Shown: piece after piece, positions 18,736 to 25,755 of the stretch
How positions within the stretch are numbered: position 1 is the stretch's first letter
Layout: each line of letters begins with the position of its first letter
Program-made: the position numbers and the translations under genes
The notes under the pieces: model-generated
Databases searched by the model: none
What the model was told of the DNA's origin: nothing
Seen by the model: only the letters and a program-made list of their open reading frames with translations
From: a virus
Strand: one strand, 5' to 3'
Length of the DNA: 64,000 nt
IMG/VR virus record: IMGVR_UViG_3300025536_000012
Location: 67,496 to 131,495 of that record

Positions 18736-18944
18736 AGTAAAATGAGATCCTTAGTGAAATGCGCCACCTTCGCGAAGCGTCAGGCCGAAAGCCTGAAGCT
18801 CGAGGGGCATTTCATGTTTGGGTCGTATCCCCTTCACTCGATTCAAACCTGGAACCCGGATACGAAGGTGACCCTGACTTAGGTTGATCTAACCTCATAG
18901 ATCCCAAGTCAGAGCCACCCTAACCAGGTGGCTTTCGACGTTTT

Positions 18945-19025
18945 GGGAGTGTTGATGCCGGTGCATCAGGCCGACTGTAAATCGGTTGCCTTTGGGCAAA
19001 TCAGGTTCGACTCCTGGCTCTCCCA
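18945..19025 (+). tRNA. tRNA-Tyr (GTA), type II
   Basis: anticodon loop CTGTAAA, long variable arm, T-loop GGTTCGACTCC, acceptor GGGAGTG/CTCTCCC. Confidence 0.55.
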
Positions 19026-19068
19026 CTAGATGTTGAATGAACGAAAACCAAGCTTCAGCCTCAATTCT

Positions 19069-19139
19069 GGGGTTGTAGCTCAATGGCAGAGCATCCGGCT
19101 TTTAACCGGTCGACTAGGGTTCGATCCCCTACAGCCCTA
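19069..19139 (+). tRNA. tRNA-Lys (TTT)
   Basis: D-arm GCTCAATGGCAGAGC, anticodon arm TCCGG-CTTTTAA-CCGGT, T-arm TAGGG-TTCGATC-CCCTA. Confidence 0.65.
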
Positions 19140-19151
19140 CTAATGTATTGA

Positions 19152-19223
19152 TCGGGACTAGCACAACTGGTTGTGCAGGGCCTCTGAAGCCCAAGGTTCT
19201 AGGTTCGAATCCTAGGTCCCGAA
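19152..19223 (+). tRNA. tRNA-Gln (CTG)
   Basis: acceptor TCGGGAC/GTCCCGA, anticodon loop CTCTGAA, T-arm TAGG-TTCGAAT-CCTA. Confidence 0.6.
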
Positions 19224-19277
19224 CTGAGCCCAACAAGATCAGTTGGGGTGAAAAACGAATAGTGACGATGACAATTC

Positions 19278-19302
19278 GCGAGGCGGTTCGCCGTCTCGCT
19301 TT
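19278..19302 (+). terminator. GC-rich hairpin with TTCG loop followed by a T-run, between two tRNAs
   Basis: GCGAGGCGG-TTCG-CCGTCTCGC then TTTG. Confidence 0.3.
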
Positions 19303-19375
19303 GCCTCGGTAGCTTACGTGGTGTAAGCGTCCCGCTGAAGACGGGAAGATTTCGGTTCGACTCCGAACTGGGGCA
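19303..19375 (+). tRNA. tRNA-Phe (GAA)
   Basis: anticodon arm TCCCG-CTGAAGA-CGGGA, T-arm TTCGG-TTCGACT-CCGAA. Confidence 0.65.
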
Positions 19376-19380
19376 CTGAT

Positions 19381-19450
19381 AGGAAGCGGTCTGGGACTAA
19401 GACGCTCTCCAAAAGCATCTAGCCGAGTTCAATTCTCGGGCTTCCTGCCA
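19381..19450 (+). tRNA. atypical tRNA-like element with encoded CCA (short, no clean anticodon arm)
   Basis: acceptor AGGAAGC/GCTTCCT plus G and CCA, T-arm CCGAG-TTCAATT-CTCGG; only 33 nt between acceptor and T-stem. Confidence 0.3.
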
Positions 19451-19500
19451 GATTAAAGAAATCAGACGATTCCTTTAAAGCTCCTCGATCACTTTAAAAT

Positions 19501-19572
19501 GCCTCCATAGCTCAATAGCAGAGCACGCCGCTCTTAACGGCACGGTTATCGGTGCAAGTCCGATTGGGGGTA
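19501..19572 (+). tRNA. tRNA-Lys (CTT)
   Basis: D-arm GCTCAATAGCAGAGC, anticodon loop CTCTTAA, T-arm ATCGG-TGCAAGT-CCGAT. Confidence 0.55.
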
Positions 19573-19577
19573 CGAAT

Positions 19578-19651
19578 GGCTTCATAGCTCTCTGGTTGAG
19601 GGCGCTTGCTTGTCACGCAAGATCAGGCGGGTTCGATTCCCGTTGAGGCCG
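19578..19651 (+). tRNA. tRNA-Asp (GTC)
   Basis: anticodon arm CTTGC-TTGTCAC-GCAAG, T-arm GCGGG-TTCGATT-CCCGT. Confidence 0.65.
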
Positions 19652-19656
19652 CGAAT

Positions 19657-19727
19657 GGGCGAGTAGTTCAGAGGGAGAACATCGGGATGGCATTCCGAGA
19701 ACGAGGGTTCGATTCCCTCCTTGTCCA
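19657..19727 (+). tRNA. tRNA-Ala (GGC)
   Basis: G3:U70 in acceptor GGGCGAG/CTTGTCC, anticodon loop ATGGCAT, T-arm GAGGG-TTCGATT-CCCTC. Confidence 0.6.
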
Positions 19728-19893
19728 CGCGCTAGGCTCTGTGCTTTGTAAAACCTCGGTGGCAGCACCGAAGCCTTTAACGGTTCCCCCGCAACGGTTG
19801 AGGCAGCATGGAAGATATACTCTAGATGGCTGGAGCCCTGTTTCGAAAACAGGTGATGCCTACGGGCATGAGGATCGTGACCTCTGTCTTCCG

Positions 19894-19978
19894 CGGAGAG
19901 TATTGCAGCCTTGGTGGCTGTCGCGGTTTGCTAAACCGAGGATTCGAAAGAATGCCGTTCGATCCGGCTTCTCTCCGC
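19894..19978 (+). tRNA. tRNA-Ser (GCT), type II
   Basis: perfect acceptor CGGAGAG/CTCTCCG, anticodon loop TTGCTAA, variable-arm hairpin ATTC-GAAA-GAAT, T-loop TTCGATC. Confidence 0.5.
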
Positions 19979-20172
19979 TACTCGCAGATAACAGGAAGAC
20001 ACGGAACCATGAATGTCTTTTTCTGGTGAATGAACCAACAACGCCCACACCAGAGCTCGGTTCCTTGGATGAATGGTTGAGGATGTTCGCAACCATCTGG
20101 ACAGTGGGCATGGGTGCAATTGTTTGCCTTGTGCCAATCTTCCACCGTTTTCATCGGTGCCCAAATTAACAT

Positions 20173-20244
20173 GGCCTCGTCGGACATTGGCTAGTCCTCT
20201 GGCTTTTCAACCCAGAAAAGAGAGTTCGATTCTCTCCGAGGCTG
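20173..20244 (+). tRNA. tRNA-Glu (TTC)
   Basis: acceptor GGCCTCG/CGAGGCT, anticodon loop TTTTCAA, T-arm GAGAG-TTCGATT-CTCTC. Confidence 0.55.
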
Positions 20245-20309
20245 CGATGAGATAGGATCTAGCTGTACTCGTTGTACGCGGCATCGAAGCCGCAGAAAGC
20301 GAGACAGCG

Positions 20310-20582
20310 ATGAAGACAAGGACTCTCCAGGATGGAATGGCTGTAAAGGTCGCCGATGAACATGGCGTTCTGCACGATGGTCTTGTGACCAACTGCTGGG
20401 GGACACGTGAAGTAGAGGACGGTAAAGCCGGACCCTGCATTAACGTGCTCTTTGTAACGTCAGACAAGTCGAAGCGCGATCAGTACGGCGACCAGATCGA
20501 ACGGCTCTCGTCAACCAGCCACAAGCTGAGTACCGAGGCTCCGGGCCGATTCTGGTATTTCCCAGACGAAGTGTTCGAGTAG
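20310..20582 (+). CDS. hypothetical protein embedded in the tRNA array
   Basis: 90-aa ORF with ordinary composition between tRNA-Glu and tRNA-Ala. Confidence 0.3.
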   Translation: MKTRTLQDGMAVKVADEHGVLHDGLVTNCWGTREVEDGKAGPCINVLFVTSDKSKRDQYGDQIERLSSTSHKLSTEAPGRFWYFPDEVFE

Positions 20583-20646
20583 TTCATCATTGGAGCGACG
20601 CCGAGTAGGGGTCGAAATAGCTTCCAAGTTTCGCTGTCGCGTAGAA

Positions 20647-20715
20647 CGAGTAACATGGGGAGGCCATCGGGATGGTGCACTGCCTTGCAAGCAGAGCTGC
20701 GGGGGTTCAACTCCC
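20647..20715 (+). tRNA. tRNA-Ala (TGC)
   Basis: G3:U70 acceptor GGGGAGG/CCTCTCC, anticodon loop CTTGCAA, T-loop TTCAACT; short D region. Confidence 0.45.
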
Positions 20716-20722
20716 ATCCTCT

Positions 20723-20794
20723 CCACTAGTTTCAGGATGTGGCCTAATGGTAGGGCTCCCCGTTTGGGACGGGGCGACTGGAGGTTCGAGTCCT
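20723..20794 (+). tRNA. tRNA-Pro (TGG)
   Basis: perfect acceptor CAGGATG/CATCCTG, anticodon arm CCCCG-TTTGGGA-CGGGG, T-arm GGAGG-TTCGAGT-CCTCT. Confidence 0.65.
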
Positions 20795-20795
20795 C

Positions 20796-20870
20796 TCATC
20801 CTGACCGAGCTGTAGTTCAGTAGAAGAACGCAAGTCTGGGGGACTTGAGGCCGCTGGTGCGATTCCAGTC
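20796..20870 (+). tRNA. tRNA-Pro (GGG), CCA encoded
   Basis: acceptor CGAGCTG/CAGCTCG, D-arm GTTCAGTAGAAGAAC, anticodon arm CAAGT-CTGGGGG-ACTTG, ends ACCA. Confidence 0.65.
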
Positions 20871-20974
20871 AGCTCGACCAACAACCAACAGCCATCCCGA
20901 AGGCTACGTGATAGGGACGCCTACTACTGAACGATGAGGTGCTTCCCCCGGCACTGAGTTGAAAGGGAAAAACT

Positions 20975-21043
20975 GCGGACGCCTCAAGGTGAGAGGATAG
21001 CTTGCCAAGCTGTCTCTGGCCGGTTCGATTCCGGTCGTCCGCT
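20975..21043 (+). tRNA. tRNA-Gly (GCC)
   Basis: acceptor GCGGACG/CGTCCGC, anticodon arm ATAGC-TTGCCAA-GCTGT, T-arm GCCGG-TTCGATT-CCGGT; compact D-arm. Confidence 0.5.
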
Positions 21044-21083
21044 CTAGTCTCTGCGCTCACTCGTAGAATCCCTACACGCAAAA

Positions 21084-21121
21084 GAAGGTTCGACTCCTTC
21101 ATTCCCCACCTCACGGGGAAT
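21084..21121 (+). ncRNA. tRNA fragment-like element: T-arm followed by an 8-bp hairpin
   Basis: GAAGG-TTCGACT-CCTTC, then ATTCCCC-ACCTCAC-GGGGAAT; no upstream 5' acceptor strand found. Confidence 0.3.
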
Positions 21122-21202
21122 GGCGCCCAGCGGTTGGGCATTTGACTATTAATCAAACAACCATTTGTGGATTTTACACTCGAGCGTTGAGATGATTTTT
21201 CT

Positions 21203-21277
21203 GGGGTCCAATCGTTAAGAAGTCCAACGACGTAATGGTGCGTCCAAGGAGTCTCCGTGCGACTCGGAGGGACCCCT
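21203..21277 (+). tRNA. pseudo-tRNA-like element (75 nt)
   Basis: perfect 7-bp acceptor GGGGTCC/GGACCCC and T-arm CTCCG-TGCGACT-CGGAG, but anticodon region is a 4-bp stem with an 8-nt loop TAATGGTG. Confidence 0.3.
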
Positions 21278-21279
21278 CC

Positions 21280-21368
21280 GGTTCAGTAGCTCTTGGTAGA
21301 GCAAGCCGTCTTATAAACGGTCGCGCTAGATCAGCGCCTAGGTCTGGGTTCGATTCCCAGCTGAACCA
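21280..21368 (+). tRNA. type II tRNA with anticodon TAT (identity uncertain)
   Basis: acceptor GGTTCAG/CTGAACC, D-arm GCTCTTGGTAGAGC, anticodon arm GCCGT-CTTATAA-ACGGT, variable hairpin GCGCT-AGATC-AGCGC, T-arm CTGGG-TTCGATT-CCCAG. Confidence 0.5.
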
Positions 21369-21374
21369 CTTGAT

Positions 21375-21444
21375 GCGTACTGCTGGAGATCAGCACGTCG
21401 GTCTCATAAGCCGAACGTCGTAAGGTGCAAGTCCTTCGTACGCT
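21375..21444 (+). tRNA. tRNA-Met/Ile2 (CAT), second copy
   Basis: anticodon arm TCGGT-CTCATAA-GCCGA, T-loop TGCAAGT; acceptor pairs 6 of 7. Confidence 0.45.
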
Positions 21445-21510
21445 ACTATGCCGGTGCCTTGAAACGGACCTCCGTTGAGGTGGTTACGACAAGGAGAACA
21501 CTGGCGCCAT

Positions 21511-21578
21511 GGCGTGACCTCTGGGAGGAGTGGGCTTTTACATGGCCTGCATGCTCGGTTCAATTCCGAGTCGCGCTA
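21511..21578 (+). tRNA. tRNA-Val (TAC)-like with reduced D-arm
   Basis: acceptor GGCGTGA/TCGCGCT with G-U pairs, anticodon arm GGGCT-TTTACAT-GGCCT, T-arm CTCGG-TTCAATT-CCGAG. Confidence 0.35.
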
Positions 21579-21655
21579 CGACTGATCTAGCATGAGGAAG
21601 GAATAGCACTGACTTTCCTCATATGCCGACTTTGCTGGTCTGCTAGATCAATCAT

Positions 21656-21730
21656 CGAGGTGTGGCTTAGCCTGGCTAGAGCGCCTGCTTCGGGAGCAGG
21701 AGACCGGAGGTTCAAATCCTCTCACCTCGA
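21656..21730 (+). tRNA. tRNA-Pro (CGG)
   Basis: perfect acceptor CGAGGTG/CACCTCG, anticodon arm CCTGC-TTCGGGA-GCAGG, T-arm GGAGG-TTCAAAT-CCTCT. Confidence 0.6.
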
Positions 21731-21731
21731 C

Positions 21732-22022
21732 TTAGTACGAATTGTAGAACCTGATGTGGGTGATGTCTGGATGGTCGTTTAGAAGTCTTTTGACATCGAC
21801 AACGAAACCATCCTCCATCTCCTCCCTCCACTTTTCGACGCAATCCTCTTCCTCGAGCTCGACCTCCACTCCGGCATCATCGGGCGGCTCGTCGTTGAAG
21901 TAATCGGTAACAGCCATTGGGATGGCGGTTCCTGCCACCTCACAGGCGTCGTAGACCGCCTTCATCTTCTTCCATTTCTCGTCGGGTGCTTTGAATCCAA
22001 TGATGTGCGTATTCATTCCCAT
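21732..22022 (-). CDS. hypothetical acidic protein
   Basis: 96-aa ORF immediately downstream of tRNA-Pro. Confidence 0.45.
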   Translation of the reverse strand: MGMNTHIIGFKAPDEKWKKMKAVYDACEVAGTAIPMAVTDYFNDEPPDDAGVEVELEEEDCVEKWREEMEDGFVVDVKRLLNDHPDITHIRFYNSY

Positions 22023-22030
22023 GTTGACCT

Positions 22031-22306
22031 CTATGCGACGTGGATGAACTCAGAGCCTTCCATGCACATGGTAGCGGTTCCGGTTCGGTGCCAACGAACA
22101 GTTGGATGGATTCCGGGTTCGACATGAACGACGACGCCTAGATCTCCAGCTTCCGCATGAACCCAACCTCGGGTACATGGCTTAGCGTTTGGATCTGGTT
22201 CCTCGTTTCCTTCCTCGGTAATTGTTTTGATGGCCTGAACAACATCTCCTTCGTCGACTCCGAAGAGAGGATCGAAGTAGGTTTCGGATTGGCTCGGTGC
22301 TGACAT
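22031..22306 (-). CDS. hypothetical protein
   Basis: ORF 22031..22510 trimmed to the internal Met of 'MSAPSQSETYF', because the upstream part overlaps tRNA-Ile/His. Confidence 0.4.
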   Translation of the reverse strand: MSAPSQSETYFDPLFGVDEGDVVQAIKTITEEGNEEPDPNAKPCTRGWVHAEAGDLGVVVHVEPGIHPTVRWHRTGTATMCMEGSEFIHVA

Positions 22307-22318
22307 TATTTCCTTTCG

Positions 22319-22389
22319 TCCCCATAACACAGCAGTCAGTGTGCATGCCCGATAAGCGTGAAACGAAGGTGCGAATCCTTCTGGGGACA
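22319..22389 (+). tRNA. tRNA-Ile (GAT)
   Basis: perfect acceptor GTCCCCA/TGGGGAC, D-arm ACACAGCAGTCAGTGT, anticodon loop CCGATAA, T-arm GAAGG-TGCGAAT-CCTTC. Confidence 0.65.
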
Positions 22390-22395
22390 CTGTTG

Positions 22396-22472
22396 GTGGT
22401 TGATGCCGAAGTAGCCGAGGCACCTGGTTGTGGACCAGGTTAAAGCGAGTGCAAGTCTCGTCAATCACCCCA
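22396..22472 (+). tRNA. tRNA-His (GTG), CCA encoded
   Basis: anticodon arm CCTGG-TTGTGGA-CCAGG, T-arm GCGAG-TGCAAGT-CTCGT, ends CAATCACCCCA. Confidence 0.6.
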
Positions 22473-22473
22473 T

Positions 22474-22544
22474 GCGGGCTTGGTATATCGGTTGTGCCCG
22501 AGCCTTCCAAGCTTGAGAAAAGGGTTCGATTCCCTTAGCCCGCT
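22474..22544 (+). tRNA. tRNA-Gly (TCC)
   Basis: perfect acceptor GCGGGCT/AGCCCGC, anticodon arm CGAGC-CTTCCAA-GCTTG, T-arm AAGGG-TTCGATT-CCCTT. Confidence 0.55.
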
Positions 22545-22879
22545 CAAATTTCAGGAATTGGTAGTCCTCTAGCTCGTTCTACGTAGGGACTCCACTCGGG
22601 ATGTTTCGCCACGAACTCATCGATCTGTTTCCTGGCCTCATCGCAGTTGTCTGAAACAGGCTGAAGTGGTGTTCCAGCCAAGAACGGTTTCCACTTCGGA
22701 GCCTTGACCTCTAGATTCTCCCAAGGAAGGAACGATGGTCCTCCAGATGCCCCACAACGTCGGCAGCACCAGAAGTACTTTGGATCCTTTACCTCTGGGA
22801 TTCTGACTTCCTCGATCTTCCAGTCATGAGAGAAGTCGGGACGAATCTTGTAGGGCTTCGGTTCATCACTTGCGTGCAT
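22544..22879 (-). CDS. hypothetical protein
   Basis: 111-aa ORF with Trp/Cys-containing ordinary composition. Confidence 0.45.
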   Translation of the reverse strand: MHASDEPKPYKIRPDFSHDWKIEEVRIPEVKDPKYFWCCRRCGASGGPSFLPWENLEVKAPKWKPFLAGTPLQPVSDNCDEARKQIDEFVAKHPEWSPYVERARGLPIPEI

Positions 22880-23132
22880 TCTTTTTGCCCTTCTGGTTCA
22901 ATGGTTCAGAGCGCAACTTTCGTAAAGTTGAGATTCCGGTTCGATTCCGGAGAGGGGCTCTAGGTTCTGAATCGACATGAATAATATATTTGTGATCATC
23001 ACTGCCTAACTCAGCTCTGCCTTTACGAACGGCATTTTCTGGAGTTAGGGCCTTCACTACAATCACCTCATCTTTTTGTAGGCTGGCGATCGTCAAATAC
23101 CATTTCGTTGGCAGACGTTTTCTAACGATCAT
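22866..23132 (-). CDS. hypothetical protein (3' end overlaps tRNA-Thr on the other strand)
   Basis: 88-aa ORF. Confidence 0.3.
   Translation of the reverse strand: MIVRKRLPTKWYLTIASLQKDEVIVVKALTPENAVRKGRAELGSDDHKYIIHVDSEPRAPLRNRTGISTLRKLRSEPLNQKGKKNARK
22887..22959 (+). tRNA. tRNA-Thr (CGT)
   Basis: D-arm GTTCAATGGTTCAGAGC, anticodon arm CAACT-TTCGTAA-AGTTG, T-arm TCCGG-TTCGATT-CCGGA. Confidence 0.65.
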
Positions 23133-23150
23133 TTCCTACTTTCTTATCAC

Positions 23151-23224
23151 TCGGGGTTAGTTCAACTGGTAGTAACGTCAGACTTTGAATCTGAATGTTG
23201 AAGGTTCGAGTCCTTCACCCCGAA
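23151..23224 (+). tRNA. tRNA-Gln (TTG)
   Basis: perfect acceptor TCGGGGT/ACCCCGA, anticodon arm TCAGA-CTTTGAA-TCTGA, T-arm GAAGG-TTCGAGT-CCTTC. Confidence 0.65.
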
Positions 23225-23345
23225 CTATCGCTCATACGCTGGAGGGAACGCCAGCTATTAGGTGAGCGGCCAAGCTGTTCGTAGTCATCGAGTGATGGCC
23301 CCTGTTTTGTAATCAGGAGAGGCGGTGCGACTCCGACGAGCAGCT

Positions 23346-23735
23346 CTACCAGGAAGTACTCTTGAGATACTTGGCAACCCTTTCTCGGATATCAGTCTCA
23401 GCCATCATATAATCGAGGAAGTGGACAGCCTCCGGACGCTTGAATACAGAAACTAAGAAGGCTTGACCGACAGGGGTTCCGAGCCACTGGATGATGGTGT
23501 TCGCAATTACCTGATCAGTGAGCGAGATGTATTCTTTCTCGTTGTCTAGGTTTCTAGCCAGGATGTAGTTGGCCAGCCCATTCTCAACTTCTCTTGACCA
23601 CTGCTCGGCGAAGGCGAACTCGAGAGGGTTATCTTTCAAACGATGACGCCTGAGCCCTTCGCAAGCTGGATTGACTCCAGTCTTGAATTCCGCTTCTCGA
23701 TCCATTCCCTTTTCTTTCTTCATTGTTTTCTCCAT
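23346..23735 (-). CDS. hypothetical protein
   Basis: ORF 23346..23840 trimmed to the Met of 'MEKTMKKEK' so that it does not overlap tRNA-Asn. Confidence 0.45.
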   Translation of the reverse strand: MEKTMKKEKGMDREAEFKTGVNPACEGLRRHRLKDNPLEFAFAEQWSREVENGLANYILARNLDNEKEYISLTDQVIANTIIQWLGTPVGQAFLVSVFKRPEAVHFLDYMMAETDIRERVAKYLKSTSW

Positions 23736-23808
23736 TCCAGGAAACGCCATTTGGTGAGCGGTGTAGCTGTTACCTACATGTTGGCAGGTTCGAGTCCTGC
23801 TCCTGGAG
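23736..23808 (+). tRNA. tRNA-Asn (GTT)
   Basis: perfect acceptor TCCAGGA/TCCTGGA, anticodon arm TGTAG-CTGTTAC-CTACA, T-arm GCAGG-TTCGAGT-CCTGC. Confidence 0.6.
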
Positions 23809-23813
23809 CCTCT

Positions 23814-23886
23814 GGTCTCGTAGCCAAGTAGCAAAGGCATCCGGCTGCAACCCGGACAATCGTTGGTGCAACTCCGACCGAGACCT
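23814..23886 (+). tRNA. tRNA-Cys (GCA)
   Basis: perfect acceptor GGTCTCG/CGAGACC, anticodon arm TCCGG-CTGCAAC-CCGGA, T-loop TGCAACT. Confidence 0.65.
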
Positions 23887-23891
23887 CTAAT

Positions 23892-23965
23892 GAGCCCCTA
23901 GCATCTCTGGTGAGTGCGACAGTCTGTTAAACTGTATGAGCTGGGTTCGATCCCCAGGGGGTTCG
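23892..23965 (+). tRNA. tRNA-Asn (GTT), second copy
   Basis: anticodon arm ACAGT-CTGTTAA-ACTGT, T-arm CTGGG-TTCGATC-CCCAG. Confidence 0.6.
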
Positions 23966-23971
23966 CGATTT

Positions 23972-24045
23972 GGCGCATTCGTACACTTGGTTTAGTACGC
24001 CGGGTTCTCAACTCGGAAAAGGGAGTTCGAATCTCCCATGCGCTA
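23972..24045 (+). tRNA. tRNA-Glu (CTC)
   Basis: anticodon arm CCGGG-TTCTCAA-CTCGG, T-arm GGGAG-TTCGAAT-CTCCC. Confidence 0.65.
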
Positions 24046-24228
24046 CTTAGACGTTTGTGGGAGGTTGGCTTAGAAGCAGCCATCCTTTAAAGAGTAGGCC
24101 TTGCCGAAGATAGAGTTCCTGAGCTCGTAGCTACACCGGTTAAGATAGGCGGTAAAACCCCGCCCGCAGGTTCTTGATGCAACGGAGTCACGAGGTCTTT
24201 TGGCGTAACAGCACACCACACGTCATTT

Positions 24229-24300
24229 GCACGAGTAGTTCAGTAGCAGAACGCTTGCATGACTCGCAAGTAATCGGGGGTGCAACTCCCTCCTCGTGTA
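24229..24300 (+). tRNA. tRNA-Val (GAC)
   Basis: D-arm GTTCAGTAGCAGAAC, anticodon arm CTTGC-ATGACTC-GCAAG, T-loop TGCAACT. Confidence 0.55.
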
Positions 24301-24421
24301 CGGAGTGATTCGCCTGGAGGTCCGTCGCCTACCAATTCTAGACAAAAGTAGGACAGTACCAACCAGTAACCTCATGGTGCCACAATGGTAACGACTGAGG
24401 CTAAACTGGAAGAATCAAATT

Positions 24422-24495
24422 GCCCCTAAAGTGATCGCGGATCGGCACGCTCGCTTGGTAAGCGAGAGGGCTCAGTTCAATTCTGAGTGGGGGCT
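24422..24495 (+). tRNA. tRNA-Thr (GGT)
   Basis: anticodon arm CTCGC-TTGGTAA-GCGAG, T-arm CTCAG-TTCAATT-CTGAG. Confidence 0.6.
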
Positions 24496-24632
24496 CTATG
24501 GCGCGACTAACAGTAGGAACCGTTCTGGAGTCCTGACATTGATCATGTTAGGGAATCCCGGTCTTGGAAGGTTGATCACTTTCGAGGCGCGGCACGGTTA
24601 TGCAGGTGCAAGTCCTGCTCGCGTCAAAACAT

Positions 24633-24702
24633 GCATCTGACCCACGGACGGGACTCAACGCTACGAACGTTGCAGATGAGGGTTCGACTCCTTCCAGATG
24701 TA
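24633..24702 (+). tRNA. tRNA-Arg (ACG)
   Basis: anticodon arm CAACG-CTACGAA-CGTTG, T-loop TTCGACT, acceptor GCATCTG/CAGATGT. Confidence 0.55.
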
Positions 24703-24708
24703 CTTCTT

Positions 24709-24780
24709 GCCTCCGTAGTTCAACAGACAGAGCACGAGCCTCCGGAGCTCGGGATTCCCGTGCGACTCGGGACGGAGGTA
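24709..24780 (+). tRNA. tRNA-Arg (CCG)
   Basis: D-arm GTTCAACAGACAGAGC, anticodon arm CGAGC-CTCCGGA-GCTCG, T-arm TCCCG-TGCGACT-CGGGA. Confidence 0.65.
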
Positions 24781-24790
24781 CGATACTATC

Positions 24791-25168
24791 ATGCGAAAGA
24801 CCCGACTCTCTGAATGTAGTCCTCATTGGGTGCAGTACAACGGCAAGGAGGACTCTTCTCCGGATGCTGTGTACTTCGAATGCCCCGAGGGTCACGTGGA
24901 CTGCAAGCACATCATCCCTTTCACTCCGTCGCTCGATGGCTCAGCTCAGCCAATCAAGCAATCGAATGGAGTCCAGTGGCAACGCACCGGAGACACATTC
25001 GAGAACCTCACGCTCTCGCCAAGCATTCGAAGGATCCCTCGACATGCTGACAAGGCAGCTGCTCTTGCGGCCGGATGTCTCGAGGAATACCTGACTGAGA
25101 CCCTGTTCTGCGCCCTTCACATCTTCATCAAGAACGGAACCATTGAGTTCTGCGGTGATAGCAAATAG
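24791..25168 (+). CDS. hypothetical Cys/His-containing protein
   Basis: 125-aa ORF starting 11 nt after tRNA-Arg. Confidence 0.4.
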   Translation: MRKTRLSECSPHWVQYNGKEDSSPDAVYFECPEGHVDCKHIIPFTPSLDGSAQPIKQSNGVQWQRTGDTFENLTLSPSIRRIPRHADKAAALAAGCLEEYLTETLFCALHIFIKNGTIEFCGDSK

Positions 25169-25211
25169 TTCCTACTAAATTAGTAGATTTTGTATATGAG
25201 ATTAGTAGCAA

Positions 25212-25280
25212 GCTTCCGACCCACGGACGGGATCCCGCTTTCCTAAAGCAGGCGTTCGGGTTCAATTCCTGACGGAAGCA
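25212..25280 (+). tRNA. tRNA-Arg (CCT)
   Basis: perfect acceptor GCTTCCG/CGGAAGC, anticodon loop TTCCTAA, T-loop TTCAATT. Confidence 0.5.
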
Positions 25281-25350
25281 CTCAACGGAGGACCAATCAG
25301 ATCCTTCCCCTTCGCTTTGCGGAGGACTATGGTGCTAGGTCGGTCCTCCC

Positions 25351-25425
25351 GAGAGCCAACGCGTAGGTAGACCAACTGGCAGGAGGCATCGGTCTCAGAG
25401 TCCGAGCAGTGCGGGTCCGAATCCC
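25351..25425 (+). tRNA. tRNA, anticodon uncertain (CAG?)
   Basis: acceptor GCGTAGG/TCTACGC, T-arm GCGGG-TCCGAAT-CCCGC; anticodon stem pairs imperfectly. Confidence 0.4.
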
Positions 25426-25428
25426 GCT

Positions 25429-25662
25429 CTACGCACTAACAGGTGGATCGAAACCAGACAGGTCAGCTTCTTCCTTGAGCTCCTGCACTAGGTTTTCCAT
25501 CTCATTGATGATGATCCGGCCCTGCTCTTCATTCTGGATCTTCATGACGAAGACTCCGTTGGCGTCCAAGATCATGTGGCTGACCGGAATCCTCCACGGC
25601 AATGGATGATCCAGGTAGCGGTTGAAGAGCAAGATTCGAATCGCTCCCTCGAGTGCACTCAT
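25429..25662 (-). CDS. hypothetical protein
   Basis: ORF 25429..25740 trimmed to the Met of 'MSALEGAIRIL' to avoid tRNA-Leu. Confidence 0.4.
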   Translation of the reverse strand: MSALEGAIRILLFNRYLDHPLPWRIPVSHMILDANGVFVMKIQNEEQGRIIINEMENLVQELKEEADLSGFDPPVSA

Positions 25663-25674
25663 TTGTTTTCCTTT

Positions 25675-25755
25675 GTCCGAGTGGCGAAACAGCAAACGCG
25701 CTGGTCTTAGGAACCAGTGACTTCGGTCTTGAGGGTGCAACTCCCTCCTCGGATA
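25675..25755 (+). tRNA. tRNA-Leu (TAG), type II
   Basis: anticodon arm CTGGT-CTTAGGA-ACCAG, variable-arm hairpin GAC-TTCG-GTC, T-arm GAGGG-TGCAACT-CCCTC. Confidence 0.65.

Noticed and set aside
18736-18944. Possible extra tRNA between tRNA-Met and tRNA-Tyr
   Set aside because: An anticodon-arm-like hairpin (TCAGG-CCGAAAG-CCTGA) and a GGGTC...GACCC stem are present, but no T-arm or consistent cloverleaf could be built. Left unannotated.
24548-25094. ORFs 24548..24910 (minus), 24600..25094 (plus) and 24431..24640 (plus)
   Set aside because: Arg/Ser/Pro-rich products overlapping tRNA-Thr and tRNA-Arg genes; typical spurious GC-rich ORFs.
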